From the NCBI GenBank assembly GCA_051294375.1, contig CM119266.1, positions 3,970,420-4,034,419 on the forward strand: DNA of 64,000 nucleotides. Reading direction: 5' to 3'. The translations under genes and the position numbers were made by a program. The DNA is from Paraspadella gotoi. Its lineage: Eukaryota; Animalia; Chaetognatha. Of the stretch, positions 1 to 13,375 are shown in pieces. Numbering within the stretch: position 1 is the first letter of the stretch; every line of letters starts with the position of its first letter. The notes under the pieces were generated by a model. That model had not been told where the DNA came from and did not search any database. It worked only from the letters and a program-made list of their open reading frames with translations.

Positions 1-1876
1 AGTTTAACCTGTGAATTCCAAAATAGATCTAAATTTTTAATATTCAGTGAACTAATGACACCAATACCCTATAGTTCTATTACCAAAAATATTTCTTGCC
101 ATTTCTTTTCAAGTATTGTAGCATAGTCGTTTTTTACTCCAACAACTTACTGACCGAGCCGAGATTACTGAAGAGAAACTTCAAAATTGCTTTACATAGA
201 AATTATTATCTGTGATCGTTACTTTGAAATAACTTTCTTCCAAATTACTGTGTAACGCGTATAAAAAAAATTTTAAACAAGAACTCAGATTATTTTTTCC
301 AATATTAACACTATATTCCATTTTTCGAAATGTTTAATGCAATGTGTATTCTTTAAATTGTAATTCCGATTAATTAACCCGTTTGAATTATTGCGCGTAG
401 AACTTATTTGCTTGCTTTTTCTTATGTTTTTAATACAATTTAAATCTTTTTAAACATTTCTAGATAAACTGAATACTTTCTTAGTTCAAGATCTATGGGC
501 CAACAAAAAATAAAATCTGGGCTAGTTTGATCATCGAGGGAATTTCCAAAGGCCAAATTTATTCAGCATGAAAACTGTTATGAGTCAAAAAAAAAAAGAT
601 GAAAAATTTTTAGGTTGGAAAGAAAAAAAAAAGAAAGAAAAAGAAAAGTTAGGTTTTTCCGTCCAGCCCTCTCGATCCATCCCGACCAGTTTCGACTAAC
701 CACCATAACATTCCAATTTTCTCCGACCTCGAAGTTTCGAGCCGAAATGAATTTCGTGCCAAAGAGAACGAAGACCCAAATTCTAAACATCGCGTCGCCA
801 AGAAAATGGGTTAAACGCGGCGCCTCGGATCCAAAGATGACGACGACGACGATGACGATGACGATGACGAAGAGGAGGGGAAAAAAGCCCGCGGCAACGA
901 GGAAGGGGACGGGGGGGGCAGGGTAGGACAGAGAGGGGGGAATGGAGAACGCGGTAAAGATCTGCCCACGCATCGCCTGTGCAGCCGCAAATTTCGAGAA
1001 ATAGAATTATGAGGGCAACGTCCACAATTTTTTGACCCAAGAAAAGGTTTAGATAGATTTTATAAAATACTCTTTTTCATTCGCTCTATGGTTCGCGTGT
1101 ATGATTTTAAAAGCTACTTAAATGGTTTTATGTTTTTCTCCGTTTTTTTTTTTTAATGATTAATTTGTGCGGAAAAGTTTCCTGTCTGACAGACTTAACC
1201 AGAAGTAAAAGATTTCCATTAAATTAGACAAAAAACGTTACTTCCTCTGAGCAACACGATTTTTTTTCTCTTAAATACGAGGTCAAACCCAAAAAAATTA
1301 ATGTTTTTAACTACATAAGTAAATATAAATTAAATTTCATAATAAGCCATTTATTGATCTACGCCTGTAGAGAGTTGATCCTCGTTAATTTTTAAAAATC
1401 TCTTATTTTAAACTTTTTAAATTCTTTCATTTGCAGAGATTATCAGTAAGATATTTTAAATGCATGGACCAATATATACAAACAAAAATGAAAATTTTCA
1501 AGCAATAAAACAAAAAAATGTAACTAGTTTCAAAAAAAAATTATTCAACTAAAAATATATATATATTTTTGCGGTTTCCATGTTATTGACCCCGAAAAAA
1601 AACATCAGGCGAATTTTCTTCCAACGAATGTTTTTTCTTCGTCACCTTTTCTCATGAAATAACTAAATTAATGAACTTTATGATAATAAAAACTTCGACT
1701 CTTTTTTTTTCGCATTTTTTAAACACGAGACTAAATTCAAAGAATTTTCTTTTTCGTAAAAAAATTGAATATAAAATCTGAATCTCGTCTCATCTTATCG
1801 AATCAGCCTCGTCTCCCTCTCCCTCTTCGTCTCTCTCACTCTCTCTCTCTCCCCACCGTAGCATGGGAGGCGGGCA

Positions 1877-4800
1877 ATGTATTCGCTCAACTGCGTCAGC
1901 CACGGGGGACGTATCAAAACTTCACCCGAGGGAGACGTCGTCATCGACGTTCCTCTAAGAAACGAAAAAGACGCCGAAAAGTTTCGCGCCACTTGCGACC
2001 GCTACAGCTTCAAATCTCGCGTCCGTATCGTACGTGCGCTTCCTCAGCGGTTCGGACCCAAAGCCAAGACCGCCTCCGTCGCACCTTTGAGAGCGGCCGC
2101 CGCCGAGGACAGCCTTCGAGGCGTCAGACGCAACACCGCCCCCGCCGATTATCAGCGGGATCAATTCGCGAGGAAACCGCGCAACCCCCGCCGATCCGGC
2201 GTCCGCCAGGGAATCGTAGCGTCCTCTGCTCATCCCGGTCGAGTCAGGGTCGTCCCGGAACGGACCGTCGACGCCGAAGGCTCGAGGGAAAGCGACGAGG
2301 AAGACGACGAATACGACGTTAGTGACCAAGAAGAAGTTTGCGCGGAACTCGAGAAAACAACAACAACAACAACCACAGTCTTCAAGGAAAGCTTGCATCG
2401 ACCCGTCAGCGCCACCTCGCTTACAACCGTCGACGAAAAAAAGAAAAGCGACCTAGCGGACGCTTTCGAAACGATCCGTCGAGTCCACGAGAAGCAGACG
2501 ACGCGGGAAAGGATCATCCAACGCGTCTACGCACTCAAGGATCGATTGGACGAAGGCAAAGCGGCGTCGAGGGTCAAAGAAAAGTCAGTCGCGGTCAAAC
2601 AACCAAATCGTGATCCTTGGAAGACCGCAGTCAGCGTCGAAAGAAACGTAGGTCGATTCCGGAGATTCGAGACGCTCGACAGGATCGAACACTGGAGACG
2701 AAGCGTCTCGAAAGAGAAGGTATAGACTATGTATTGGGTGGGGGGGTTAATCGTTAAGATTGGAGGTTATTAAATGTGTGTCTTTGCTATAATTTGAGCT
2801 GTAGAGAGCATTGCAATCATTATTTAGAATTAAACAATATGAAACACAAAAATAAATGACACATGAACACAGATCGGAAACACATGACACTTAAATCAAT
2901 TTATTACAATATGCAAATTATATTAACGAACTCCCTATATACAAAACCTATTACAGAACTCGGCTCCGGAAAAGAAAATAGAAAAGGAAACGAAGCCGAG
3001 CGGTCGCAAGCGGAAATCTGTGAAAGAATTCGACGAAGAAAACTTCAAAAAACGACCGTCAGATCAGAAAGATCAACTATCGAACAGTGAGACTCAAGAC
3101 GTCTCAACCCCCGTCTTGTCGCTACCTTCGATAGAAGCGGCAGACTTAGTTCAGAAATCCTCCGCCAGGGCATCGAGCCAGGCCAAGTCGCGGAAAAATA
3201 AAGAAAAACAAAAGAGAGTTGCGAAAAAAGATGAGGGAGAAAATGAGGATGAAGACGAAATAGCGGAATCAGATTTGACAAACAAAAATATATCGGTCAA
3301 AAACAATTCGACGGGCAACTTTGATGAGGATAACGAAAACCAAATTATCCCCATTGACCTTCGCCAAGAAGATAACAAAACTTTCAGCGAAAATGACCAG
3401 GAGCAAAACAAAGTGAAATCCCCGAGACCAACTGAATCAAAACCCCAAGACCAAATCCATTTGGTGAAAAAACCCGACCAATTCTTAAATAATACCGATT
3501 CGGAAATAAATATCGACGAAAAGGCCATCAGTGGCCAAGTTAGACCTTACACTAAAACCCCAATCGAAAACTTTCCGGCGAATCTCTCCAGCGAAGAAGA
3601 CGAAGAGGACTCTTCGATCCCAAACCTGGAATCGGCCAAGCCACGCCCCAACTCTTCCGTCGACGAAGCCGCGAGACTCGAGGCGACTTTGAGACGAATC
3701 CGCGCGTCGGGAAACCAAGGCGACAAATCGGAACTGATCTCCGTCTTGAAACGTCTCGCGGCTTTGAAGAAGGAGGTCCAAGCGGATCGAGCCGAGTTGT
3801 TGTCCAATCGAGTGGCGGAAGTGCAAAAGGATCCCGACGCTACGTTGAGGCAATTGGAGGAGGAAGAGGAAGAGAGAGGAAAAGAAGAAGTTGGAAGGAC
3901 AACGTTTTGCGTGGAAGCAGTGACGCCGCCGTCCAGTCGGGAAGGCTTGATCGAAGGTAAATAAACAAACTATTATCTATATCAAAAATAAATTTAATCA
4001 GAAAAAAACTAATTAGCCATTTTGAAACGTTAATTTATTCATTGTTTTTTTTTAAAAGATTTACAAAACGAAAAAGAAACGGACGATCAAAAGATGAGGT
4101 AAGATTTAATAAAACTATAATCGCTTTGTTTGGCATCGAATAGAGTTATTTTTAGCTTTTTCATTTCATTTTTTCATTATATTTATTATTTCAGTAACAG
4201 AATGAATGAAATGACTAAATGAATGGACGATCTTTAATTTAATTCTCCTTTTTTCCTATTTGAAATTGTATATATTTAACTTTTAAAGACTACAAGAATT
4301 ACAAGAAATTCTCCTACATTCAGCGAATCTTCGGACGGATACTCGGACAGCTTCGCCGAGGATTCCGAAGACGAATCGCCGATCGAACCTTTGCAGGCGC
4401 GAGCCGCTCCGCTTAAGTCGATCTCAAGATGCGCGTCGACCCCGATGGAGGAACCTCAATTGGGTCGTGGGGCCAACGCGAGCCTCTCGCGATCCAACGC
4501 GGAATCCCCGACGTCTCTGCATCTGGACGCCCCTTCCCCCAACGTGGTCATCCTGCCTTCAGTGGCTCCGACCGGCCAATCCAATTCATCGTCGAGAGCC
4601 TCGTCCGCTCTGTCGCGGAGATCGCAAGAAAAAAGTGACAAGTTCGGTTCTCAAGATTTGGCGTCTGTGGTCGACGCTCATTTAGAGTCGGCGAAAGGTA
4701 TTGCGAGAGAGAAAGTCAAGAGCAGGCCGACATCCGGCCGACCAACATCCAGTCGACCGCCATCTAGTCGCCCTATTTCCGGACTTAGTAGGGTCAGTGC

Positions 4801-7800
4801 CAATCAACGGCCAGGAACTGCTTCTCGGCCCGAAACAGATGATCATATAGCGACACAACAGAAAGAAAACAATTGTGATCCAGGTCATTCCGTAAATGTC
4901 GATCTAAAATTAGACAGTCAAGTGGATCATGTTGGAGTTGAGATCGAATCGGGCGAAGATAAAAACAATTTGGAAGACAAACTTGACGCATCGCCGCAAA
5001 ATCCCGCCGGAATTAACGAAGTTGAAGCTTCGTCGCAGAATACGACTCAACCGTCACCAGAGGGAGACGAATCGCCGATCGAAACGAGCGGAAAAGGATC
5101 GAGCGTTTCGTCGGAGATGAAAGAGACTGTCGGCGAAGATCGAGATATCCTCGAGGCGAAGATCGAAGATGAGACGTCTCCCGCGATCGACGTTGACCAA
5201 AACATCGAAGTCGCCGTCGTTGTCGAAGATAGAGATTCCTTGGAGGAGATGGACGCGGCCGCGCTGCAATCTCGAGTGAGCTCAGCGCGTGCTTTATCGG
5301 CGCGATCGAGAAGGCGTGCCGCATCGGCTAATTCAAACGACCGTCCCGCCACGGGGAGATCGATAGTGCGCGCAAACTCTCGTGCGGAACCGACGAACGT
5401 AAGCACCGTCGCTCAAACGTGGGAAGTGATGACGAGTCGCGCGCGAAGAGAGTCAAACGTTGTGGGTCACCGTCCCAAGACGCCTTCGCGATCTCACTCT
5501 CTAGCTTCCTCCGCAAGTGATCTTCATTTGAGCAATTCCTTCGACGATAAACGTCAATTAATTCCAGCGACAGAGACCGTTAGTATTTACGACGACAAGG
5601 AAGAATCGAAACAAGTCACCGGGTGCTGCTCCGGCTCGATTTGCTGCGGCGGCGGCGGCAGCGTCGCTGCGCGGAGATTTCGTTTGGTACAAATCGCGTT
5701 GGTTCTTCTGATTTTGGTCGTCGTTCTCCTTTTAGTTGTGATCTTCCTTCTCTTCTGTATTCATTTAAATCACGAGAAAACGGAATCCGCTGCTCACGAC
5801 GAAATCGTAGCGATGCTTAAAAAACTCGAGACTGACGTAGCCATGGTCAAAGGAATTGGAGGGACGACGTCATCGGCGACGGTAGAGACATCTGTGGCGA
5901 AAACGGAAAAGATGATAGCAACAACGTTAGGGATAGAAGAGACAAAGGCATCAACGGGATACGTGATTGCAGAAACAAAGGCTACGACGTTGGCGGAAAC
6001 GACGTCGGAGATGTTAGAGACAAAGACGACAACGGCAACATCGCCGTCAACAGTGTCGAGGTCCACAGTGTCGGCAGAATCATCAACAAAAGAACCAACA
6101 ACAATTGCATCAATGTCCACGTTGGCAGAATCATCAACAAAAGAACAAACAACAATTGTGCCAGTCTCCACAACGTTTGAAGAATCAACAACAAACACTG
6201 AGTTGGTATCAACTAAGGGAGAAGCAAGGACAACATTTGGATCCACAAAGTTGGCGGAACCACTGACAACGGAAACAGCAACAGTAAGTTCGGCGTCCTC
6301 ATCTTCAGTAGCGTTAGCAACGACTCAACCGGCAACGTCAATTTCAACAACATCAACCGAGGCAACAGAATCAGCAACGTCGTCCGTTGCGACGGAGGCA
6401 ACTCCATCAGCAACAACAGCTCCAGCGACTACGACGCCACCACCGACCATCGCCTCGCGTTGCAGCGACGAGGCGCCCGACACGACCGCCTTTGCTAATC
6501 TCCATGATGGCGCGAAGAAGCTCGACGAAGCGATTCGGAACTCGGACAATTTGACGGTCGTTAAGACAAAGGCTAATCAATTTAAAGACGACGTCCTTAA
6601 CTTTTTCGTTCTTCGTGGCGTCAACAACAACGACTCTTGCATTCCTTATTACGTCCACAATTTCATGACGTTCGTAAGAGCAGAGTTGACGAGTTTGAAC
6701 GACGCATGCGCGGAGAAGCGGTGCACGGTCGAACCTACGGAAAGCGTTGTGACTACGACGGAGGCGACCATAGGAGAAGACAGGGAACTGATCTTGCAGT
6801 GGATGATCGGTAAGTTGTTGGCTCTTTTAAAATAAATTTAGAAAATCGGAAAGAAAGAGTAGGAAATTTTAAATTGTGTTTTTTTTTTTGTTTACCATTT
6901 AAAAATTAGGTAATTTGACGGAAAACCTTCAACAGTTCGACACAAAAATTTCTGCAAATTTCGACGGCGTTTTCACCAATTTAAGTAAGCCGAGTGAGTG
7001 AGCGCGATTGACTTAATTTGTATATAACTGTTTGTTTTTTTTTGCTTGCCATGATTGCTCAGCCACCGAACGAGAGGAAAACGGTCTTCGGACGGAACTC
7101 GTCAATTCGCTCCTCAAAAACTTGACTTCATTTCGCTTCGACTCGGAATCCAAATTTGCCGCCGTTTTGAGAAATACGGACGCAGTGGAGGCGAACCTGA
7201 CGAGAAGGGCGGAGGAATCGGTGGCTCTGTTTCAACGTCAACTCGTGGAGATACTCGAACACATCGTCAATCACTCGCTGGAGATCGAGAAGATGCGAGA
7301 CAATGCGACGGGACAGATCACAGATTTAAAGGAAGAAGGAAAGTATTTTCATTTTATTCAAAACTGAAATAAATTAATATTTATTAATTTTATAATTTTC
7401 AAATTATCGCGCAGTCTTGAACGGACAGTTAGCAGCGTTAAATAACCTGACCATATCAATCAAAACTAATTTGGACTCGTTATCCGCACAAAATGGGACA
7501 ATTTACGATATTTTCAACGCCGTTCAAAATCAGATGCGATCAATGCTGGATAGCATAGAACAACAGGTTAAAACTAAGGCCCTTAGTAAGGGGGAATGAA
7601 ATAAAGTTTTAAAAATTTGTACAAGAAATAAATTTATAACGTCAACAGATCGCACAACAGAATAGCAGCCTGCTCGAACCCATTTCTTCGAAAGCCGACG
7701 CAATTCTGGCAAATCAGAAATCGCAAAACGATTCCATTTCTCAATTTCTTTCCATGGCTGCGATAAATCGTCAACTACTTTTAGAAATCGCAAATCAGAA

Positions 7801-10800
7801 CTGTTCAGCGGTTCTTATTCAGGTAAAGTCGAAAAAGCAATTACAACCTTTTCTTAAAAAACCGATTGATTAGATTATCTATTAAATTTCCTATCATCTA
7901 ATGCAGAGCGCGTCAAATCTGCTGGGCATCGAATCCATCTACTCAAACTTGACCCAGATGTCCTCACTTCTTGACGGGAAGGTCGTCGCGACTTTTCCCG
8001 ACATCGTCAAAACGGAATTCGTTCGCGTTGACGTCGTCGGCTGCACTCCAGTTTACATCGAGCAGCGGGAAATTGAACAAGCCGGGGCACTCTGCGGCAA
8101 CACCTCCACAGCCTTGACCAGTTTGACGGCCGCGTTGGGTGAGTAAAGTAGAGTGAAGCTTGGTAAAGCTTGGTAAAGCTTGTTACGTTTCTACTTTCGA
8201 TAGGAAACGATATAAACTCTCTAATATAACATTGAAAAAATAGCAGTTGAATGCTTTTCTTTTAGGAATTGACAATTCAACATCCTGTGTTGACCAAAAT
8301 ACAATCAATCAATTCAAAAGGTAAGCTATAGGAAGAGATAAACATTACATAATGTTCTTACAATATTTTGAAGACAGGAAATGATTAGTTAAAGCCATTT
8401 TTCAAACCAGCGACGTTAACGAACTGAAAACTTTGGTGGCATCATTTACGAATCGTCTCCATCTGGAATGCAATTGTAGCTCTGCATCTGATGATAGTTC
8501 CGTCATTAAAACAGGCAAAGGATCTATTTGCTATTTTATTCTTTGTCCTCAGAGATTAATAAATAAATCAATAATGAAGAAAAGCTCAAATTAAATTATA
8601 TCATGCGTTATTGAAAAAGTACGATACAACAGATTTATTTTTTTCGTAACTGTTCCTCTTAAGATTTTAATATTTAAAATAAATAAAAATTAACCCAAAT
8701 TAACTTCCTCTTCGGACAGTATCGAGCCTCTCGACCGAATTCGTGGTCGCGTTCCCTTACAAGCTTCAATCAAAGCCGGCGACGATCTTGGTGACTCCTG
8801 TGGACATCGCCGGAGTCAAAGTCACCTACAGGAAAGATGGCGCTGATGTGAATGACCTCAAAGTTGTCGCCGCAGAATCAGTCAAGGTTAACAAAGTCGC
8901 AAAAATTTATCTATTTTAAAATTTGGAACTAATGGAAGTTGTGAAATAGATAGTCATAATTTGTTATGGAAGGAATGTTAAATCTATTCGATTGATGTTA
9001 AAGGATAAAACATCTCGAATTCATTTTTTGGTTATTTTAAGGATTGGTCGATGACAACAGATCTAAATCTACTCGCGTCGCCTGTTCAACAAAACGTTGA
9101 AAAAGCCGTCACGGTCACGTCAGACGTCAACAGCGCTGTCGTCGTACTCATGGGCGAACCAGTGGGAGACGCTTACCTGGCTCTGCCCACTGCCGCTTGG
9201 GGTAAGTCATCAAGTGATAGATAGAAAATATGGTCAAAATTGGTCGCGGATGATATATTAACACTAAAACTGAATTAAACAAACAGGTAATAGTTAATTA
9301 ATTGATTAATTAATTAATAAACCAAAACAGGTAATCGTTACGTAATCCCTTCTTACGCGCCGTCAACATCTCTCCCCGCGGCGCTCGTAATCATGGCCAT
9401 TCGACCAGACACGGTTTTGACCGTCACCCTCCGAGCAGCCATTGGTTCTTGCAACGTTGCGTACGATTCCGTTTCTCTTGCAGTCAACTTCATATTTCAT
9501 CTGATATGCCCGGGAGACATAACCGGTGCAGAGGTGACCAAAGAAAAAAAAATCGATATGAAATTTAATTCATTCAATGAATAAGCTATCTTGCACGCTA
9601 TCAAGACTCACCCACAGTTTATTAATTCCCAGAGTATCAGTGAAGTTGTATAATGGTTTTATGGACTGGTAGCCAGCATCAAAATTCAAGGATCTACGTA
9701 TGTATATAATGTAATAGATATTTCGGAATTCTTTCTTTGACTTAGGTCATTTCGAATCAACCCATCGGCGTTTTGACCGCCGTCTCCTGCAGTGACATTC
9801 CGATAGGGGACGCCAACCGACAATGTCAACAGTTGCTGGCGCAGGTCCCCCCAGTGTCCGGGTGGGGGACGCGCTACATCACGTCGGGAATGATGGGAGA
9901 CATCTTGCGCGTGCTGGGGTCCGAAGCAACCGAAATAAAATTGAACTACAACTTAAGCTCTTCGAACGCGACCTTAGGGGCTAAAGGAGATTTTCACGAT
10001 TTTGGTAAAAAAAAAATTAATTCTGGTGGCTTAAATTTAAAATCCACCACCCGATCGCAGCGGTCATTTGTGCAGGAGGCAATTCATTCCCCTCCCAACC
10101 CAAAGATCTGGGGTTCTAACCCGGTGGCCGCCTACCAGATAAGAGGGATGGGGCGCTTAACCCGACTTTAACATGGTGTTACAGCCTGATCCGAAGCTTA
10201 GGGACGGCTTATATGGAACGTATCTCTAACTCATAACAATTTTAATTTTTCAATGTCTATCTCACTGTTTTACAGAAATCGCGGCCGGAGAGTTAGTGTC
10301 AGTTATCTGCACCAAGCCGTGCTTGTTGACGCAAATTTCCAAGCTTCGATTAGATGGAATCAAGTATTACCGTCCGGCAATGTTCATTGTCCCATCGATG
10401 AACCAATACTCCCAAGATAAAATAATATTTCCAACTCCTGACATTGGAACGACCGACGGAGAGTATTATTTACAGGTGGGCTAAAAATAGGTAATTGAAG
10501 ACAACGGTTGGCTAACGTTTGTTGTCTACACTTTTTACCTTTTTTTACAGATCGTCACAGAAACGGAAAACATCGCTAACTTAACGTTAGACGGATCTAA
10601 ATTAAATATGGAAGTCGGTTGGGCAACAGCGCCCGGAATGAGCGAGTATTCCCATCTTTTAAAGTTAGTTAATATTTTTTTTCTTTTTCCCCAGTATTCG
10701 GACTGATGTAACAGACTTGAGCTTGGTATATATAATATATATATATATAATACTATATATATGATATGGTAACCTAAGGCTAAGCCGAGAAAACATTTCA

Positions 10801-11081
10801 ATTTGTGAGGCCTATCGAGTCGGTAATTGAGACTTAGTTTTAGATTGTGTTTCATTATTTGCGTATTACTTAAATAACAGTAACTCGAAAAACTACGACC
10901 GAAAAAAAAATTAGGGCGTCTTTCTCATTTTTTTTTAAGGCGTATATCGGCGACGGCGCACAAACTGGAAACCGATAAGGCAGGAGTAACATTCAGCGCG
11001 TTCGTTCACGGTTACAACACAAATCCTTTTGCGGTCATGAAAAGTTATGCCTTCCCTGCCTCTTTGAACGTTATACCATAA
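1877..11081 (+). CDS. Large multi-exon type II membrane protein: disordered N-terminus, single TM, Thr/Ser mucin-like stalk, coiled coil, C-terminal IgGFc-binding domain
   Basis: ORFs at 1877, 3020, 4391, 7032, 7417, 7901, 9773 and 10296 link through phase-compatible introns where checked (2720-2956; microexon ~4059-4098; acceptor 4323). TM LVQIALVLLILVVVLLLVVIFLLFC at ~5684-5760. IgGFc_binding-like motifs DAYLALPTAAWGNRYVIPSY, QVPPVSGWGTRY and terminal SYAFPASL; TAA at 11079-11081. True start may lie upstream (acceptor at 1861). Confidence 0.75.
5860..6450 (+). repeat. Thr/Ser-rich mucin-like coding region with duplicated AESSTKE(P/Q)TTI unit
   Basis: GCAGAATCATCAACAAAAGAAC occurs twice (~6074, ~6125); translation is dominated by T/S/E. 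Confidence 0.8.
10040..10232 (+). mobile_element. tRNA-derived SINE-like insertion in an intron
   Basis: GC-rich island in an AT-rich intron; A-box-like GATCGCAGCGGT (~10052) and B-box-like GGTTCTAACCC (~10112); 3' end CCTGATCCGAAGCTTAGGGACGGCTTATATGGAACGTATCTCT resembles invertebrate SINE tails as I recall them. Confidence 0.55.
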
Positions 11082-11869
11082 TTTTCTTTTAATTCTATTA
11101 AAAAATGTCATGAATTAATTTTATAAATAACTTTTGATATTTAATTTATACTTACGGGGTTAAGAAAAAAATTAAAAGATATTGAAGAAAAATGAATTGA
11201 TAATGACATTATTTAATATAGATTTTTGCTTCGCTCCCTCTTTTTTTCGCTTAAATTGGCGAAAGCCGTTCAACTTTAAACCGAATAATTTGTTAATTGG
11301 TTTTAAATTTGAGAACCGTTCGCATCAAGACAATGAGCAACAGAACGTTGCACTATAAATTTTAGAATTTTTTAATATTTACTACTTATTTTCAATGTTT
11401 ACAATTAAATTAGCTAGGTTAAAATAGTTAGGTTTTGAATAGTGGATTACACAAGTGATAATGTGATAATGTGCTGGGCCTGATGATGAACTCGACAGCT
11501 TTCAACTTATAAAAAATATTACCGTACAACACTATAAACTATACAACACTTCCGAATCCTTTCGCCTCAACTAAATTAAAGAAAACTATGAAGTAAATTT
11601 ATAATTAACCAAATTTTATATTCCAATTGAATATAATTCTCCATCAGAAAAAAAATATATTTGATTTGTAATTAAATAAATAAATAAATAAATAAAGGTT
11701 CATTTGAACAATCAAAAGAATACGTATATAACGCACACGTATACGTAGACGGATAACTTTGCTCATAAAGCATGACCGATTAAGTGATAACTCAATATAG
11801 CTTGTCCATTAAGTATTCCCTAGTCACTACATAAATCGTATATCTAACTTTAAAATTGCCATTTCCTTG

Positions 11870-13375
11870 TCACTGCTCCTCGGGAATTCTAGGAAGCCAT
11901 GGCAAGTTGTCGTGCCACCATCTCAGGTCAAGAGACCTTGATTTTCTCGGCCCGAGCGCCTCTTTGAAAGCAGCCTGGAAAAGGGGCAGGGCGTCTTTCA
12001 TGGATCGATCGGCGACCCCGGCAAAGATGCAAGGATTAAGATGAAACCAGGGCATCGACAAACGGAGAGAGTTGGCGTGCCGAGTCAAGTCGGCCCGAAC
12101 AACCTCGATCACGTCCGAGAGACATTCGCCCTTGGGAAACCAGAGGCGCGGACGGACACGCCCACCGCGCATGTCGAACTTATCAAACCAATCGACGCCG
12201 CCGAGGGCGCGGCGGACGGCGCGCTGGCTCCCCGCTCCGGGCGTCTTCCACGAGCATCGATAAAAAGGGAAATTCTTGAGAACGAATCTCACGATCTCAA
12301 CTTCTGGCAACATGAGATGACGAGAGTTGATAATCGCCAGCGCCGATAAAGAAGTCAGCGTCAGCGGCGGACGCAGGAAAGTCGCCGACGCGTCGTCGCC
12401 GCTGGGGCGCTGGTCGGCCTCGGAGAATCGAATGGCCTCGATCTCGATGGAGCGTTTGAGCGAGGCGCCTTCGAGGAAGTCTCGAAGAGTCGGCAGCGGG
12501 ATTGGGGACGGTTCGGGGACGGAGTTGTAATGAGTCACGTGACCTGGGCGTGATTTAGATGAACGAGTGATGAGGCGTCGACGAATTGGAAATGTAGGAC
12601 GGAGAGTAGGGGCTGAGGAAAGTTAAATGATTTTCAAAACGAGGCGATTCGTACGATTTTTAGTTTAACTTATTAATGAGAACCAAGTTGAATTAAACAG
12701 TTGGTCACTATTAGTATTACGGAAATCCTTTTTTTAATAACCCAAATTTAAAAAATTTCATGTTAGCAGTTATGATTTTAACATTATTAAATCTAAATAA
12801 ATTCTGAAAACCTTTTTAGCATTGTTTATTAGACAATGTTTAATAATTATAAAACAATTACAGCCAATGTAAAAATTATCTTATCCTCCAATTAGCCTAT
12901 AATTATATTAAGAATATTATATGAATATTATTATTATATAATATATATATATATAAAATATTATTATGAATCGAATCATTTAGAAAATAAAAGGACCCAA
13001 AGTGGCGAATCGATCAGAAGACTTTGTAGAGCGAACGGTCAAGCCGGGAATGGGTTTCAACTTGGGCATAGGAAAGGACAACATGGAGGGCGTGGCCTCG
13101 AATTGAGGGTTGAACCGAATTCGTTTCAATGGCGGCGGAGGAGGCAATGAATCTGGAGAGGACATTAATATCGAATGGATGAGTTCGTCGGGCGAAGAGT
13201 GGGCGTGCCAACTCGGGCTCGTCGTCGTCGTCTCTTCCGTCGTCTCTCTCTCGCGAATGACGATGCGACGACGAGAAAGATCGAGTCTAAGATCGAAATT
13301 CTCTCCGTCGTCGTCTTCCTGCAAAATGGAGGAAATCTGATCGAAGATTTGAGGCAATTTGGTGAAGGACATCAT
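11870..13375 (-). CDS. Highly divergent forkhead/winged-helix protein (exons 13375-12997 and 12612-11870)
   Basis: RPPLTLTSLSALAIINSRHLMLPEVEIVRFVLKNFPFYR...WFDK...LW aligns to the Fox consensus KPPYSY..LI..AI...ML.L.EIY..I...FPYYR...CFVK...YW. A phase-1 intron (TTG G|gtcctt ... cctcag|CC) joins the two ORFs in frame; the donor is weak. Confidence 0.65.

Noticed and set aside
11475-11510. CTGATGA followed by a short stem, suggesting a hammerhead ribozyme
   Set aside because: No GAAA after stem II and no stems I/III.
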